Source of the DNA: a virus
Strand: one strand, 5' to 3'
Length of the DNA: 45,771 nt
IMG/VR virus record: IMGVR_UViG_3300006114_000017
Coordinates: 1 to 45,771 of that record
Below the pieces are notes generated by a model. That model ran no database searches, was not told where the DNA came from, and saw only the letters and a program-made list of their open reading frames with translations. Positions 17,654 to 26,628 of this stretch are shown one piece after another. The stretch's first letter is position 1; each line of letters begins with the position of its first letter. The position numbers were made by a program, and so were the translations under genes.

Positions 17654-20042
17654 CTTCTACATCAAACCCAGCAGCTCTCATACCACCATTGATGTGACCT
17701 TCGTTGTGGATGCCATCCGCAACATTCTCTTGCTCTTCGTGGCTCATGTTACGGCCATTCTTCTTAAAGAATTGCTTGTTGACCGTGTCAACCATGCCAT
17801 CAACGTCTCTATCTGAAATCTCTGGTGCTGCGCCACGGTTGAGTCGACCAGGCATTTGTGCAGACATTGGTGCGTCAAAGCTAGGACTTTCAACAGACTT
17901 CTTGTAAGGAGCATCAGCAATGATAAATCTCTGCTTGTCCTTCTCGCTTACATTGCCTGATGGGATACTGCGTATTTCTGGTGGAATCAGGTTGTAAGGG
18001 TGGTGCTCTGGTACTCCATACGTGTCTTCAAACTCGTGACCAAGACTTCTAAGTCGTCGTCTAGCTTCATTGTTAGGCGTAGTGAGCATGTGGTGCTTGA
18101 TACCCTCAGTGCTCAATCCTGTTGGCTTAACGTGCTTAACGATAACCTGGACCTTTGATTCTGGGTTGCTAACGTAATTGCGAGTACCATCTGGGTTTTT
18201 GCTGTCGCTTGTTAATAGATCTTTCTTTTGCATAGTTGTCTGGACATCGCCCACAACTTGAACGTGTTGTGAGTTAAGACGGTCCATTCTTGCAACCTGG
18301 CTAATGTGACAAGCGAAAGGAACTGCAGTTGTTCTTCTTGCGGTAGATCTTTCACCAACGATTGGTTGAATGCTATCAAGCGCATCAGAGATGTGGTTCT
18401 GCAAAGGTCCTCGGACAGCTTTGTCACGCTGACTACTGAATGTACTGTTTACAGTTGCGCCCTTTGAGAACATGGTCTTACGACGACCGCCGTATTGCCC
18501 CTTAAGCTGTTCTCTGAGGGCATCACGCTCATCTTTAGCAGTGGTTCCCCAGTGAACACCTTCGACGTATTGCCCATCGTGGCTAACGTTTGTGACAACA
18601 CCAAATACGTGCTTGCCTTGGAAACCACCACTGCTAGCAGACTCATCACGCTTGAGTCTTTGTCTGTTCGGGCTCTTTGTAAAGTTCTTTTGTTCACGGA
18701 TATTATTAGCAGCTTCTACCTGGTTTGTCCAGTCTTCGTAGTCCTGCTTAAATTGCTCATCGTGAGCACCATTCTTGTACTTAGAATCACCAGGAGTAGG
18801 CATGCCTGGCACGTGCACGGTTGCACCCCATTGAGGTGCCTTATACATCGTGTTAGGGACAGCCTTCTCACCAGGTGCTGTCTCGTATGCAGAATCTTGA
18901 GGCTGCTCAGCATGTAATGCGGCATTTGGCTCATTCGTATCCCAACCAAGGTGCCAGATAGGAGTACCACGTCTGATCTCTTGTCTAGGGTGACCACCCA
19001 TAATCTCCAAGGCAGGAGCGATGTTATCCTTTTCACCAACCACTGCTCTATAGGCAGCAAAAGCCATGGTATTTGGGCTTGACTTGCTACCCGCGAACGC
19101 TACGTGGCGTGGGATCTTAGGGTCTGTGCACTTTTCGCAACCATTAGTACAGTCGCAGTTATCACGAACAGAATCAACATACTTGCCACGTTCAATGTCA
19201 GCAGCACCCATTGGGCCGCCTTCACCGGTCTCAAAGTCACCTTGTCCTAAGTGGTGATCACAACCTGATTGACAATGCCAATCCTTGCCTTCATCGAATG
19301 TTTGTTCGTGTCTACAATTAAAGTCGGTGCATTCACTCTCAGGGTGGCAAGCCTTCTCTACGATGTTGCCATTCTTGTCTTTTTTATCTTTTTTGTGATT
19401 AAGAACTGCCTTATTAACAGGACAATTAGTATCGCACATTCCAGCCAAGCAGTGAGTGTTGTGCCAGTTAACAGCATCATTGTGGCGCCTAGTCTCTTCG
19501 TTGACATTTGTCATTCTATCGAAGGTGCCAGCATGTTCTCTTGGCTCATGATAACCTAAGTTGCCACAAGTAATGCATTCAATCTGATCGTGAGATCTAT
19601 CTGCTGGAGCCTCTGGGAAGCCGCCGTGCATCTTGCCCTTACAAGTAGGGCATGGGAATGCTGAGATTGCTGTAAGCACAGGAATCTTCATAGCTGCTTT
19701 GATGTAATTACGGTTGCTCAAATGGTCGCTTGGTACAACTGCAGTCTCCTGCAACTTTCTTGACTCTGGTGAGTTCTCAACGAACTTAACCTTCTGGCCC
19801 TTTGGGACTCTGATGCTCTTTTTGTCCTCAACGGTTCCTGGAGTGTGATACGTAAGGTCGCCAAACTCTTCTTGCTTCTTAGTCTTCTTCTTTTCCTTTT
19901 CCTTGCGCTGTCTAGCAACAGGCTCAGGCTCATAGGAAGAGAAGCCAGAATCACCGAGCTGTTCAGGGGTCAATGCACTGTATTCACCATACTCATCCTC
20001 GGGGAAAGAAGCAGTCTTTGAGTTGAAGATTGGTCTATTCAT
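17637..20042 (-). CDS. Large hydrophilic Cys/His-rich protein (801 aa) with multiple CxxC and CxxxxC clusters. Candidate internal (ejected) virion or zinc-binding protein.
   Basis: ATG at 20040-20042. Motifs include CPTCKGK, CITCGN, HCLAGMCDTNC, CHPESECTDFNCRH and CDCTNGCEKC. Confidence 0.5.
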   Translation of the reverse strand: MNRPIFNSKTASFPEDEYGEYSALTPEQLGDSGFSSYEPEPVARQRKEKEKKKTKKQEEFGDLTYHTPGTVEDKKSIRVPKGQKVKFVENSPESRKLQETAVVPSDHLSNRNYIKAAMKIPVLTAISAFPCPTCKGKMHGGFPEAPADRSHDQIECITCGNLGYHEPREHAGTFDRMTNVNEETRRHNDAVNWHNTHCLAGMCDTNCPVNKAVLNHKKDKKDKNGNIVEKACHPESECTDFNCRHEQTFDEGKDWHCQSGCDHHLGQGDFETGEGGPMGAADIERGKYVDSVRDNCDCTNGCEKCTDPKIPRHVAFAGSKSSPNTMAFAAYRAVVGEKDNIAPALEIMGGHPRQEIRRGTPIWHLGWDTNEPNAALHAEQPQDSAYETAPGEKAVPNTMYKAPQWGATVHVPGMPTPGDSKYKNGAHDEQFKQDYEDWTNQVEAANNIREQKNFTKSPNRQRLKRDESASSGGFQGKHVFGVVTNVSHDGQYVEGVHWGTTAKDERDALREQLKGQYGGRRKTMFSKGATVNSTFSSQRDKAVRGPLQNHISDALDSIQPIVGERSTARRTTAVPFACHISQVARMDRLNSQHVQVVGDVQTTMQKKDLLTSDSKNPDGTRNYVSNPESKVQVIVKHVKPTGLSTEGIKHHMLTTPNNEARRRLRSLGHEFEDTYGVPEHHPYNLIPPEIRSIPSGNVSEKDKQRFIIADAPYKKSVESPSFDAPMSAQMPGRLNRGAAPEISDRDVDGMVDTVNKQFFKKNGRNMSHEEQENVADGIHNEGHINGGMRAAGFDVEDEDEG

Positions 20043-22491
20043 TTGCTGGCTCTTCTACCTTCGCTGGGCTAATGGACCAGCTATCCGTTTGGTGTGTTGG
20101 GAACTTAGAAACAGATTGCTTAAAAGTTTCTTTTGCTGCGGGGCCACTGAAACGTTCAATCTGTTCAGCTAACTTATTTGATGCCTTTGTAGCTTCTTCC
20201 ATGTTTCCATGAGAAATGTGCTTGTACAATTCATCCTTAGTTTGATTGTAACGTCCAGTTGATGCATCTGGCAATGAGTTAACAGTCTTTTCTACAGAAG
20301 ATACACCTTCACGCATGTGCTCCGGGAATGCTTCAGGGTCGTGCTGGAACGTGGGCTGAGCAGCTCTCATCTTACGCTCGACTTTGTTGCTCATGTATGG
20401 AGGCAGCAAGTCAGGGAATGTACCGAACTCTTTAGACACTTCCTTAACAAGAGCAAGGTCTTTTGATGGTGCTGTGTAATGAGCATTCGGTGCTTTCCAG
20501 TGCTGCTCACTTTGACGAACAATCTGGTTCATACGCTCTTCAGGAATGTCAATACCATTCTTCATCATTCCGCTAACAAGGCGCTGATCAAGTGGTGCAT
20601 CGCTCTTCATGTCTTCTACACTTGAACCAAGCTTGCCCTTGTATGTTTCCATAGTGGTCTGGCCAGTTGATGGGTCAATGTAATTAGGGAAGTGATCAAA
20701 ACTGTGAGGGTTATCTGCTGTTCCTAGGCCACCGTATTGATTAGCAAACACTGCTTGTACGTGTCTCTTAGGCAAGTAGAACCCTGGTTTGCCACCCTTT
20801 GTCCTAGCACCATGGATGATGCGAGTGCCTGGGGGCAATGTGTTTGGGTCTGCGGCGCTTCTGATGTGACATGGGCATGGCAAGTTAGTAGGTTTGCCAT
20901 CCTTATCGAACATCTCCTGGTCGTCATGCTCGCAGTTCTTGCAATCATCACGTCTCAAGTGTGAATAGTGGTCAACACCAGTATTACCAACACCAGTACC
21001 AGAAAGTGGCATGTTGATCTCTGCGTTGCCATAGAAATCATCTGCGTATCCGTGCGTAGGAGGCTTCTTCTTCTTAATTACCTTTGGACCATCTACTGTC
21101 TTATCGATCAGAGTACCATCGCAGTGTGGGCAAACGTTATCAGGTGTCAAGGCAATGCTTGAGTCATCTGAGTGGCAGTTGTCGCAACTGATAGCGGAAG
21201 TATCATGTCCAGTAGCGTTGCAAGCAACACATGGGGTTGACTTTGCACCATCTTCGGTGAACTTATCACCCTTGCAAATCTTGCAAAGAGGTGCATCTTC
21301 TGGATTAACGTACTTTTGCTTACCGCCACCAAGGCCAATAGTGTGAGGTACCAAGATGGGGTTACCAGCACTGTCCGTGCTTTCCTTCATGTTAACATTG
21401 CCCTTGAAACAGCAACGGCAACCTACGATGTTATCATTCTGGTTGGAATTGATTTTACCATCACCACATGCGCACGAAGGGTGCTCCTCATGTGTAGTAG
21501 TTTCCCAGTCTCCAACAGTCTGCTGACCAGCTTTAAGCGTCTCATATCTGGTGTAACGCTTTACATGATCTCCGCCAGGCGTAAAGTGGATCATAGGCAT
21601 ATAGGTGCCTTCTGGGCCACCTTCATCGAATGCATGAGCTAGCTCTACACTCTTTTGACCCTTGCCGTTATCTACTTCACGATATGCTTTAAGTAGCGGG
21701 TTCTGCAGGAGTCTTTCCTTGTAGCCGGGTGTTGTGCCATGAACCATCTGTGGCAGCTGCTCTGGTTCCTTGCCTTTAGGACCGTGTGGGACTTCACAAC
21801 CGTTCTCTGAGTCTCCGCCACAAACACAAAGGCTTCCACCTCTTTTGTATGGACCGGTGCCGAGAGCCATTGACATAAGGTGGTCGATTGCATCACCCTT
21901 GTGTGTAGCAATCGTATTTGCTACCGAATCAGGGTCTAGACTTTCAGTTTCTGCTCCAACACCACGTGCTCTTTGCTTCCTACCTTGCGCATTGGCACGT
22001 AATAGCTTATCAGTAGCAGTGCTAATGTTTTCGCCTTTTGCTCTGCGTCTGAAACCAATCATGCCATGCGGAGCAAGCTCGAGAAGCTTGTCAGCGTTTT
22101 CGTGTTGTGAGTACTGTGATCTAGGAATTCTAATCATCTTGTATTCACCACTGCGCATCAAGTCTTGCTTGAGCTCACGGGCGTAGTCACCACCACGTTC
22201 ATTTTCACCTGAATACTTAGGCAAGTCTTTGTGGATGAATTCGTAACGCTTAGGTTCTGCAGTTGGGTTGTTAATGGGGTGGTAGTCGTTGTCACCAAAT
22301 TGGATAGCAAAAGGGGCGTCATTGAATTCTTCAGCCTGGGTACGTCGCTTTTCGACAGACTTGCGCTTCTTTCTTGCTTCACTCTCAGCCTTTTGATATT
22401 CTCTCTGCTTCTTGTTTACAAAGATGCGATCATCGTTACTGGCGGAAGTCTTAACGTATTCTATGTTCTTATTAAAAACAAACTTATTCAT
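20035..22491 (-). CDS. Large hydrophilic Cys-rich protein (818 aa) with multiple CxxC clusters. Possibly a paralogue or partner of the 801-aa protein.
   Basis: ATG at 22489-22491. Motifs include CVCGGDSENGC, CACGDG..GCRCC, CKICKG...CVACN...CDNCH...CPHCDG, CKNCEH and CPCH. Confidence 0.5.
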   Translation of the reverse strand: MNKFVFNKNIEYVKTSASNDDRIFVNKKQREYQKAESEARKKRKSVEKRRTQAEEFNDAPFAIQFGDNDYHPINNPTAEPKRYEFIHKDLPKYSGENERGGDYARELKQDLMRSGEYKMIRIPRSQYSQHENADKLLELAPHGMIGFRRRAKGENISTATDKLLRANAQGRKQRARGVGAETESLDPDSVANTIATHKGDAIDHLMSMALGTGPYKRGGSLCVCGGDSENGCEVPHGPKGKEPEQLPQMVHGTTPGYKERLLQNPLLKAYREVDNGKGQKSVELAHAFDEGGPEGTYMPMIHFTPGGDHVKRYTRYETLKAGQQTVGDWETTTHEEHPSCACGDGKINSNQNDNIVGCRCCFKGNVNMKESTDSAGNPILVPHTIGLGGGKQKYVNPEDAPLCKICKGDKFTEDGAKSTPCVACNATGHDTSAISCDNCHSDDSSIALTPDNVCPHCDGTLIDKTVDGPKVIKKKKPPTHGYADDFYGNAEINMPLSGTGVGNTGVDHYSHLRRDDCKNCEHDDQEMFDKDGKPTNLPCPCHIRSAADPNTLPPGTRIIHGARTKGGKPGFYLPKRHVQAVFANQYGGLGTADNPHSFDHFPNYIDPSTGQTTMETYKGKLGSSVEDMKSDAPLDQRLVSGMMKNGIDIPEERMNQIVRQSEQHWKAPNAHYTAPSKDLALVKEVSKEFGTFPDLLPPYMSNKVERKMRAAQPTFQHDPEAFPEHMREGVSSVEKTVNSLPDASTGRYNQTKDELYKHISHGNMEEATKASNKLAEQIERFSGPAAKETFKQSVSKFPTHQTDSWSISPAKVEEPANE

Positions 22492-22493
22492 TA

Positions 22494-23276
22494 TTAACTT
22501 TCGTCTTCCTCGAGGTCATTAACATCGAACATTCTTTGTACCTTTGCCCCAGGTATATTAACTGTTGGTGTATTAGATGGTTGGTTACTTGGTGGCGTAG
22601 CTTCAGGAACTGTTTGAACCTTACGCTCTCTTCTCTTTGGCGTAGGTGTTTCATCGACTGGTGTCGTTGATTCCTCAGAGTTATAACCCTTAACCTTTGA
22701 CTTCGGCATCTTAATATCATGCTTTGGTGCTTCATCATCGGCAGATAAATAAGTAACACCTGTAGTTACTGTCTGATATGGTGTTGGTGTTGTAACTGGA
22801 GCATCGCTGTCTTGTATACCACGAGTTCTAGAACGTTCTTTGTTCCTAACAACTCGTCTCTTCGTTTCGCTCTTCAAGCTACTTACAGCACGCTCAGTCT
22901 TGTTAATGTTCCTATTTTCAATGCGTTGATCTGTCTTACCAGATTCGCCTGGGTTCAGACCAGATGGACGCTGGTTAGCAACAGCATGTTCCATCTCAAC
23001 GATTTCATTACCAACAAAAAGAGCATGGTTTGCGCATGTGTGAACCTGTGTCACTCCAGATGGAGTGTAAATGAATTCACCATCTTTGTTCTCTGCTACG
23101 CCACCACGCTCGTAGCTCTTAGCACCTTTTGCTCTAGCTTTCAAAGCTTTCCTAGAAGAACGCTGGATGCTATCGCACGGGCCCAGAGAATCATATTTCT
23201 TCGCTTGTTCTGGAGCTAAGCTATCTCTAAGATCAGCTATGCAGCAACGCTTTCCCATATTAACATGCGTATCCAT
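22494..23276 (-). CDS. Hypothetical basic protein (260 aa)
   Basis: ORF track. ATG at 23274-23276. Confidence 0.45.
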   Translation of the reverse strand: MDTHVNMGKRCCIADLRDSLAPEQAKKYDSLGPCDSIQRSSRKALKARAKGAKSYERGGVAENKDGEFIYTPSGVTQVHTCANHALFVGNEIVEMEHAVANQRPSGLNPGESGKTDQRIENRNINKTERAVSSLKSETKRRVVRNKERSRTRGIQDSDAPVTTPTPYQTVTTGVTYLSADDEAPKHDIKMPKSKVKGYNSEESTTPVDETPTPKRRERKVQTVPEATPPSNQPSNTPTVNIPGAKVQRMFDVNDLEEDES

Positions 23277-24505
23277 TATTGATCTCCCTTGCAGCGGTAA
23301 GACTCAGCAATAAATTTGTCAACACGGTCAAATTTATTGCCAGGGTAGCTATCTGGAAATGGAGCGGTTTTGATTTTAGCGATGCCACTCTTGTAATCAT
23401 CACTTTGCTTAATCTTGGAGATGTTTTCTGGTGTTTCAAAGCCTCTTCTTTTTTCACAACCACAAAAGACGTGTGACTCTTGCTTAGTAGGCGTTGAGGG
23501 TGTAGACGCAGGAAGCAATGCTTGCTCTTCTCTTTTTTGCCTTATTTGCTTTATTTCGTCGAAAGTGTCTTTGAAGGCACCTGCGTAACCAGTACCTTCT
23601 TGCTCTCCGCGTCTTACAAGCATCTTATTGATAGATTCAATGTTTTGACGACCCTTCATTGCAAGCACTCGGTCTTGACCCTGCACACCGTGTTCGGGGA
23701 TAGCAATGGTAGTCTTACGTGATGGTTTGCTAGCAGGCACTCTAGAAGTTCCAGAAGACGCGCTTGAGTCATCGTCTTCAAAGTCTTCTAACTCTGGTAC
23801 GTGTTCTTCTGGGGTTTCATCAGTGGGAGCAGACTTTGTCTTATTGAACTTCTTATTGACAGGTGGCAATGCCTGGATAGGAATACCCTTATCTTCTTCC
23901 TGATCACCTTCATGTTCTTCTTCGTGAGAAACATTCTCTGGGATTTCTTCTTCAGCTTCTTCAGCTTCGTGAGGAGATTCTTCTTCTGGGTGTCCAGGAA
24001 GCGTTTCAGGATCGTAAGTGAACTTACCTACTTGTTCTTCTTCAGCTTTCTCTTCATCATTGGGTTCTGTATCAACTTGTTCTGGCTCTTTGTCTTCAGT
24101 TGCATCAGACCATTCTTCCTGCTTGCCTTCGTAGTCATCAGGATCGTAATCGTCGCTAGAAGCGTTGAAAAGCATTTTGAATGTGGCTGTCTTGCCCAAA
24201 GATGGCAATGCAATAATATTTGCTTTTTTCAAGAACTCAATAGATTCAGGAGAATATTTGATCGTGCCAGGCGTTTGGCCCTGCTTATTCAAAATGTCTT
24301 TAAGAGCGTCTTCTTCGCTGGTATAAAGCTTTTTAGGCGTTGAAACTGACGTAGGAGCAGTAGGGTGCTCTGTTCTCTTATATTTTCTAGGCCCTGGTTC
24401 TTTTTGCCCTGATTGTGTGTTATCTTTTCTCAAATACCACTCAGGGTCTCCATTACTAATGGCACCCGTACCCGAAGAGTACTTAGAATTAAATGTTTTA
24501 GCCAT
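23276..24505 (-). CDS. Hypothetical highly acidic protein (409 aa). N-terminus is MAKTFNSKYSSG...
   Basis: ATG at 24503-24505. Glu/Asp-rich central region. Confidence 0.45.
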   Translation of the reverse strand: MAKTFNSKYSSGTGAISNGDPEWYLRKDNTQSGQKEPGPRKYKRTEHPTAPTSVSTPKKLYTSEEDALKDILNKQGQTPGTIKYSPESIEFLKKANIIALPSLGKTATFKMLFNASSDDYDPDDYEGKQEEWSDATEDKEPEQVDTEPNDEEKAEEEQVGKFTYDPETLPGHPEEESPHEAEEAEEEIPENVSHEEEHEGDQEEDKGIPIQALPPVNKKFNKTKSAPTDETPEEHVPELEDFEDDDSSASSGTSRVPASKPSRKTTIAIPEHGVQGQDRVLAMKGRQNIESINKMLVRRGEQEGTGYAGAFKDTFDEIKQIRQKREEQALLPASTPSTPTKQESHVFCGCEKRRGFETPENISKIKQSDDYKSGIAKIKTAPFPDSYPGNKFDRVDKFIAESYRCKGDQ

Positions 24506-24535
24506 ATCAACCTAACGATTCAACAAAGGTTGATA

Positions 24536-25141
24536 TTACTTGTTGTATTGATCTGGGTAGTTCTTGTGAAAAGGATTGTGCTTCATAGGGCTCGTAAACT
24601 TGTCGTGCTCTTGAGTGGGCTCAGGGTTGTTAAACTTCTTCCTGGAGTCATCAATGCCCTTGTCAACTCTGCTACCAATGCAATTGTGAAGGCCACTAGC
24701 ACCACACTTCTTACAACGATCATCCTCACGTGGCTCATAGTGTTTGTGGTAATCGTTAGGGCCAGACTTAGGATTGTACTGTGGAGGAGTCTTCTTATTA
24801 GCATTGTTGGGGTCATCACCATTACCACCAGCAAATGTGGTTTCAGCAGCAATCTTGCAGAATTGGCAAGATGCGTGACGGAGCTGCCACTCTTCGTGTA
24901 CAGCGCGTACGAGTTTAGCCTTGGAGTCACTGACGTTGGCGAGTCTGCGGTGTGCAGTGCGCTCGATGTCCTCTTCGACCATTTGCATGCGGAAAGCAAG
25001 CTCCTTATCGCTGTGAGCCATGAACAAGAAATCACCTGTGTTGGTAAGCAGCTCGTGCTTAGCAGTGACAAGCTTCTTACCAGCAAGCTTGGCATCAAAT
25101 GCCATATTTACTGAGTCATCGTAATCGAACATCGAGGTCAT
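24536..25141 (-). CDS. Hypothetical protein with CxxC...CxxC motifs (201 aa)
   Basis: ORF track. ATG at 25139-25141. Confidence 0.45.
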   Translation of the reverse strand: MTSMFDYDDSVNMAFDAKLAGKKLVTAKHELLTNTGDFLFMAHSDKELAFRMQMVEEDIERTAHRRLANVSDSKAKLVRAVHEEWQLRHASCQFCKIAAETTFAGGNGDDPNNANKKTPPQYNPKSGPNDYHKHYEPREDDRCKKCGASGLHNCIGSRVDKGIDDSRKKFNNPEPTQEHDKFTSPMKHNPFHKNYPDQYNK

Positions 25142-25230
25142 CGTGTTACTCCTTATACTGTTCCCTTAGGAACGCTGGACAGTAGGCAATATATGCCTAA
25201 TACCTGTTATAAGATAGAGCATGTTTTAAA

Positions 25231-25314
25231 TGGTCGATGGGGAGAGATTCGAACTCCCGTACCCGAAGGATCTGGTTTACAGCCAGACGCGATTGGCCAC
25301 TCCGCCACCCATCG
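25231..25314 (-). tRNA. tRNA-Tyr (anticodon GTA), type II with a long variable arm. CCA is encoded.
   Basis: Hand-folded cloverleaf: acceptor CGATGGG/CCCATCG, 3-bp D-stem, anticodon stem TCTGG/CCAGA with loop CTGTAAA, long variable arm, T-arm GGGAG-TTCGAAT-CTCTC. Confidence 0.7.
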
Positions 25315-25319
25315 ATTTG

Positions 25320-25390
25320 CTGAGGGAGAAGGACTCGAACCTTCAACAAAAGCTCCAAAGGCTCCCGTGTTGCCATTACACCATCCCTCA
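25320..25390 (-). tRNA. tRNA-Gln (anticodon TTG)
   Basis: Acceptor TGAGGGA/TCCCTCA, anticodon loop CTTTGGA, T-arm GAAGG-TTCGAGT-CCTTC. The anticodon stem has two G-U pairs. Confidence 0.6.
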
Positions 25391-25412
25391 ATGTTTATTG
25401 CATGGCATGCAG

Positions 25413-25499
25413 CGGAATGAGTAGGATTCGAACCTACGGAGGCTTTGATACCTCGCCGGTTTAGCAAACCGGTGCTTTCGACCACTCAGCCATCATTCC
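25413..25499 (-). tRNA. tRNA-Ser (anticodon GCT), type II with a long variable arm
   Basis: Acceptor GGAATGA/TCATTCC, anticodon stem CCGGT/ACCGG with loop TTGCTAA, long variable arm, T-arm GTAGG-TTCGAAT-CCTAC. Confidence 0.65.
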
Positions 25500-25504
25500 T
25501 TATG

Positions 25505-25576
25505 CTCCCAGGGTAGGGATCGAACCTACGACCGAGCGATTAACAGTCGCTTGCTCTGCCGCTGAGCTACCTGGGA
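25505..25576 (-). tRNA. tRNA-Asn (anticodon GTT)
   Basis: Acceptor TCCCAGG/CCTGGGA, D-loop AGCTCAGCGGCAGAGC, anticodon stem AGCGA/TCGCT with loop CTGTTAA, T-arm GTAGG-TTCGATCCC. Confidence 0.7.
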
Positions 25577-25584
25577 TTGTAAAA

Positions 25585-25941
25585 CTAGTCTCCTTTGACC
25601 ACTCTGATACTATCATAGTCGAAGTGTTGGGTAGAGAACTCAAATACGCGTGAATTCTCTAGACCAATGATTCTGTGACGTAAACCGACAGGTACGTGGA
25701 AAAGGTCTCCCGCATTAAGCACCTTTTCCTGTGCGAGCTCGATATCGTCTGTCTCACCGTAAAGTACGATGACCTTACCGTTCTCTACGTAGAAGGTTTC
25801 GTCCTTGATGTTGTGATAATGGTAAGAAAGCTTCTTACCCTTATTCATGTGCAAGATCTTGGCGCAGTACTTCTCAGAGTTACAAAGAATCTCTTCATAA
25901 CCCCAGCCCTTTTCTACAAATTCCTTATTCAAAGAAGTCAT
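25585..25941 (-). CDS. Small cupin-fold sugar-phosphate isomerase-like protein, with the pattern of the type II phosphomannose-isomerase C-terminal cupin (118 aa)
   Basis: Pattern WG.E..L.....Y..K.L......LS.H.H....E...V..G...V ... VP.G..HR is typical of PMI-type cupins. The ORF tool starts at GTG 25944. The ATG at 25941 is preceded by an AAGGAA SD. Confidence 0.5.
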   Translation of the reverse strand: MTSLNKEFVEKGWGYEEILCNSEKYCAKILHMNKGKKLSYHYHNIKDETFYVENGKVIVLYGETDDIELAQEKVLNAGDLFHVPVGLRHRIIGLENSRVFEFSTQHFDYDSIRVVKGD

Positions 25942-26242
25942 CACTGTTTATTCCTTTGTCATCGATGTAAAAATCAGCAGAAGGTTTACCCATGATTAGA
26001 TGATGGTACTTACAACCCCATTGCTTAAGCTGACGCTCCGTAATGTCACGGAAAAGTATTTCTACAAGCTTTGGGTCATTATTTGTCCTATGCATACCTC
26101 GAGCCGTAAAATAAACGACTGTATGACCCTCTGAATAAAGCTTGTTTATCTGATCAATACGTTCTTGAACAGGCAGTGCATTTTCATACTTACCATCAGT
26201 AAGTGTGCAGATGGTGCCATCAATATCTACAACGTATCTCAT
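25925..26242 (-). CDS. Small HAD-superfamily phosphatase (105 aa). Proposed GmhB-like heptose-1,7-bisphosphate phosphatase role.
   Basis: HAD motif I VDIDGTI, motif II FTAR, a Lys in GKPS, and motif IV YIDDK. The pathway role comes from gene context only. Confidence 0.45.
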   Translation of the reverse strand: MRYVVDIDGTICTLTDGKYENALPVQERIDQINKLYSEGHTVVYFTARGMHRTNNDPKLVEILFRDITERQLKQWGCKYHHLIMGKPSADFYIDDKGINSDDFFE

Positions 26243-26628
26243 CGTTCTAAGATCCTAGTGGTTGAATAAGGCTCAAGTCTAGTGAAATAATCAATCTTCT
26301 TTGCGTACTCTTTACCAGGGAAGTCCTTGCCGAACCAGTCAGCACCAGCAAACCAGATATCTGGGGATAAAGCCTTGACGATATTGATCAGTTCTTCATC
26401 TGAGTCAAAGAGTAGCGTTTGATCAACATACTTAAAAGCATCAATAACAAATTGTCTATCATACTGATTATGGAAAGGTCGATCAGAGCCTTTCTTCTCT
26501 TTTACACGCCTATCAGTGTCGATAGCAACAGTTAGGGTGTCACCATGCGATTTGGCATGTTTTAGAAGTGCTACATGGCCTTTATGAATGACATCAAACG
26601 TGCCAGTTAAAAAGATCTTCTTATCCAT
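26239..26628 (-). CDS. hldC: D-glycero-beta-D-manno-heptose-1-phosphate adenylyltransferase (HldC / HldE domain II-like cytidylyltransferase fold)
   Basis: FLTGTFDVIHKGHVALLKHAK...GDTLTVAI.TDRRVKEKKGSDRP...VD.TLLF..D...I.....PDIWF.GADW parallels E. coli HldE domain II (GVFDILHAGHVSYL..ARKLGDRLIVAVNSD..TKRLKGDSRP...). The HxGH nucleotidyltransferase motif is present. Confidence 0.7.
   Translation of the reverse strand: MDKKIFLTGTFDVIHKGHVALLKHAKSHGDTLTVAIDTDRRVKEKKGSDRPFHNQYDRQFVIDAFKYVDQTLLFDSDEELINIVKALSPDIWFAGADWFGKDFPGKEYAKKIDYFTRLEPYSTTRILER

Noticed and set aside
25193-25485. Small ORFs on both strands at 25193..25485 (64-92 aa)
   Set aside because: They coincide with the tRNA-Tyr/Gln/Ser/Asn cluster. 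The conserved tRNA arms generate spurious open frames.
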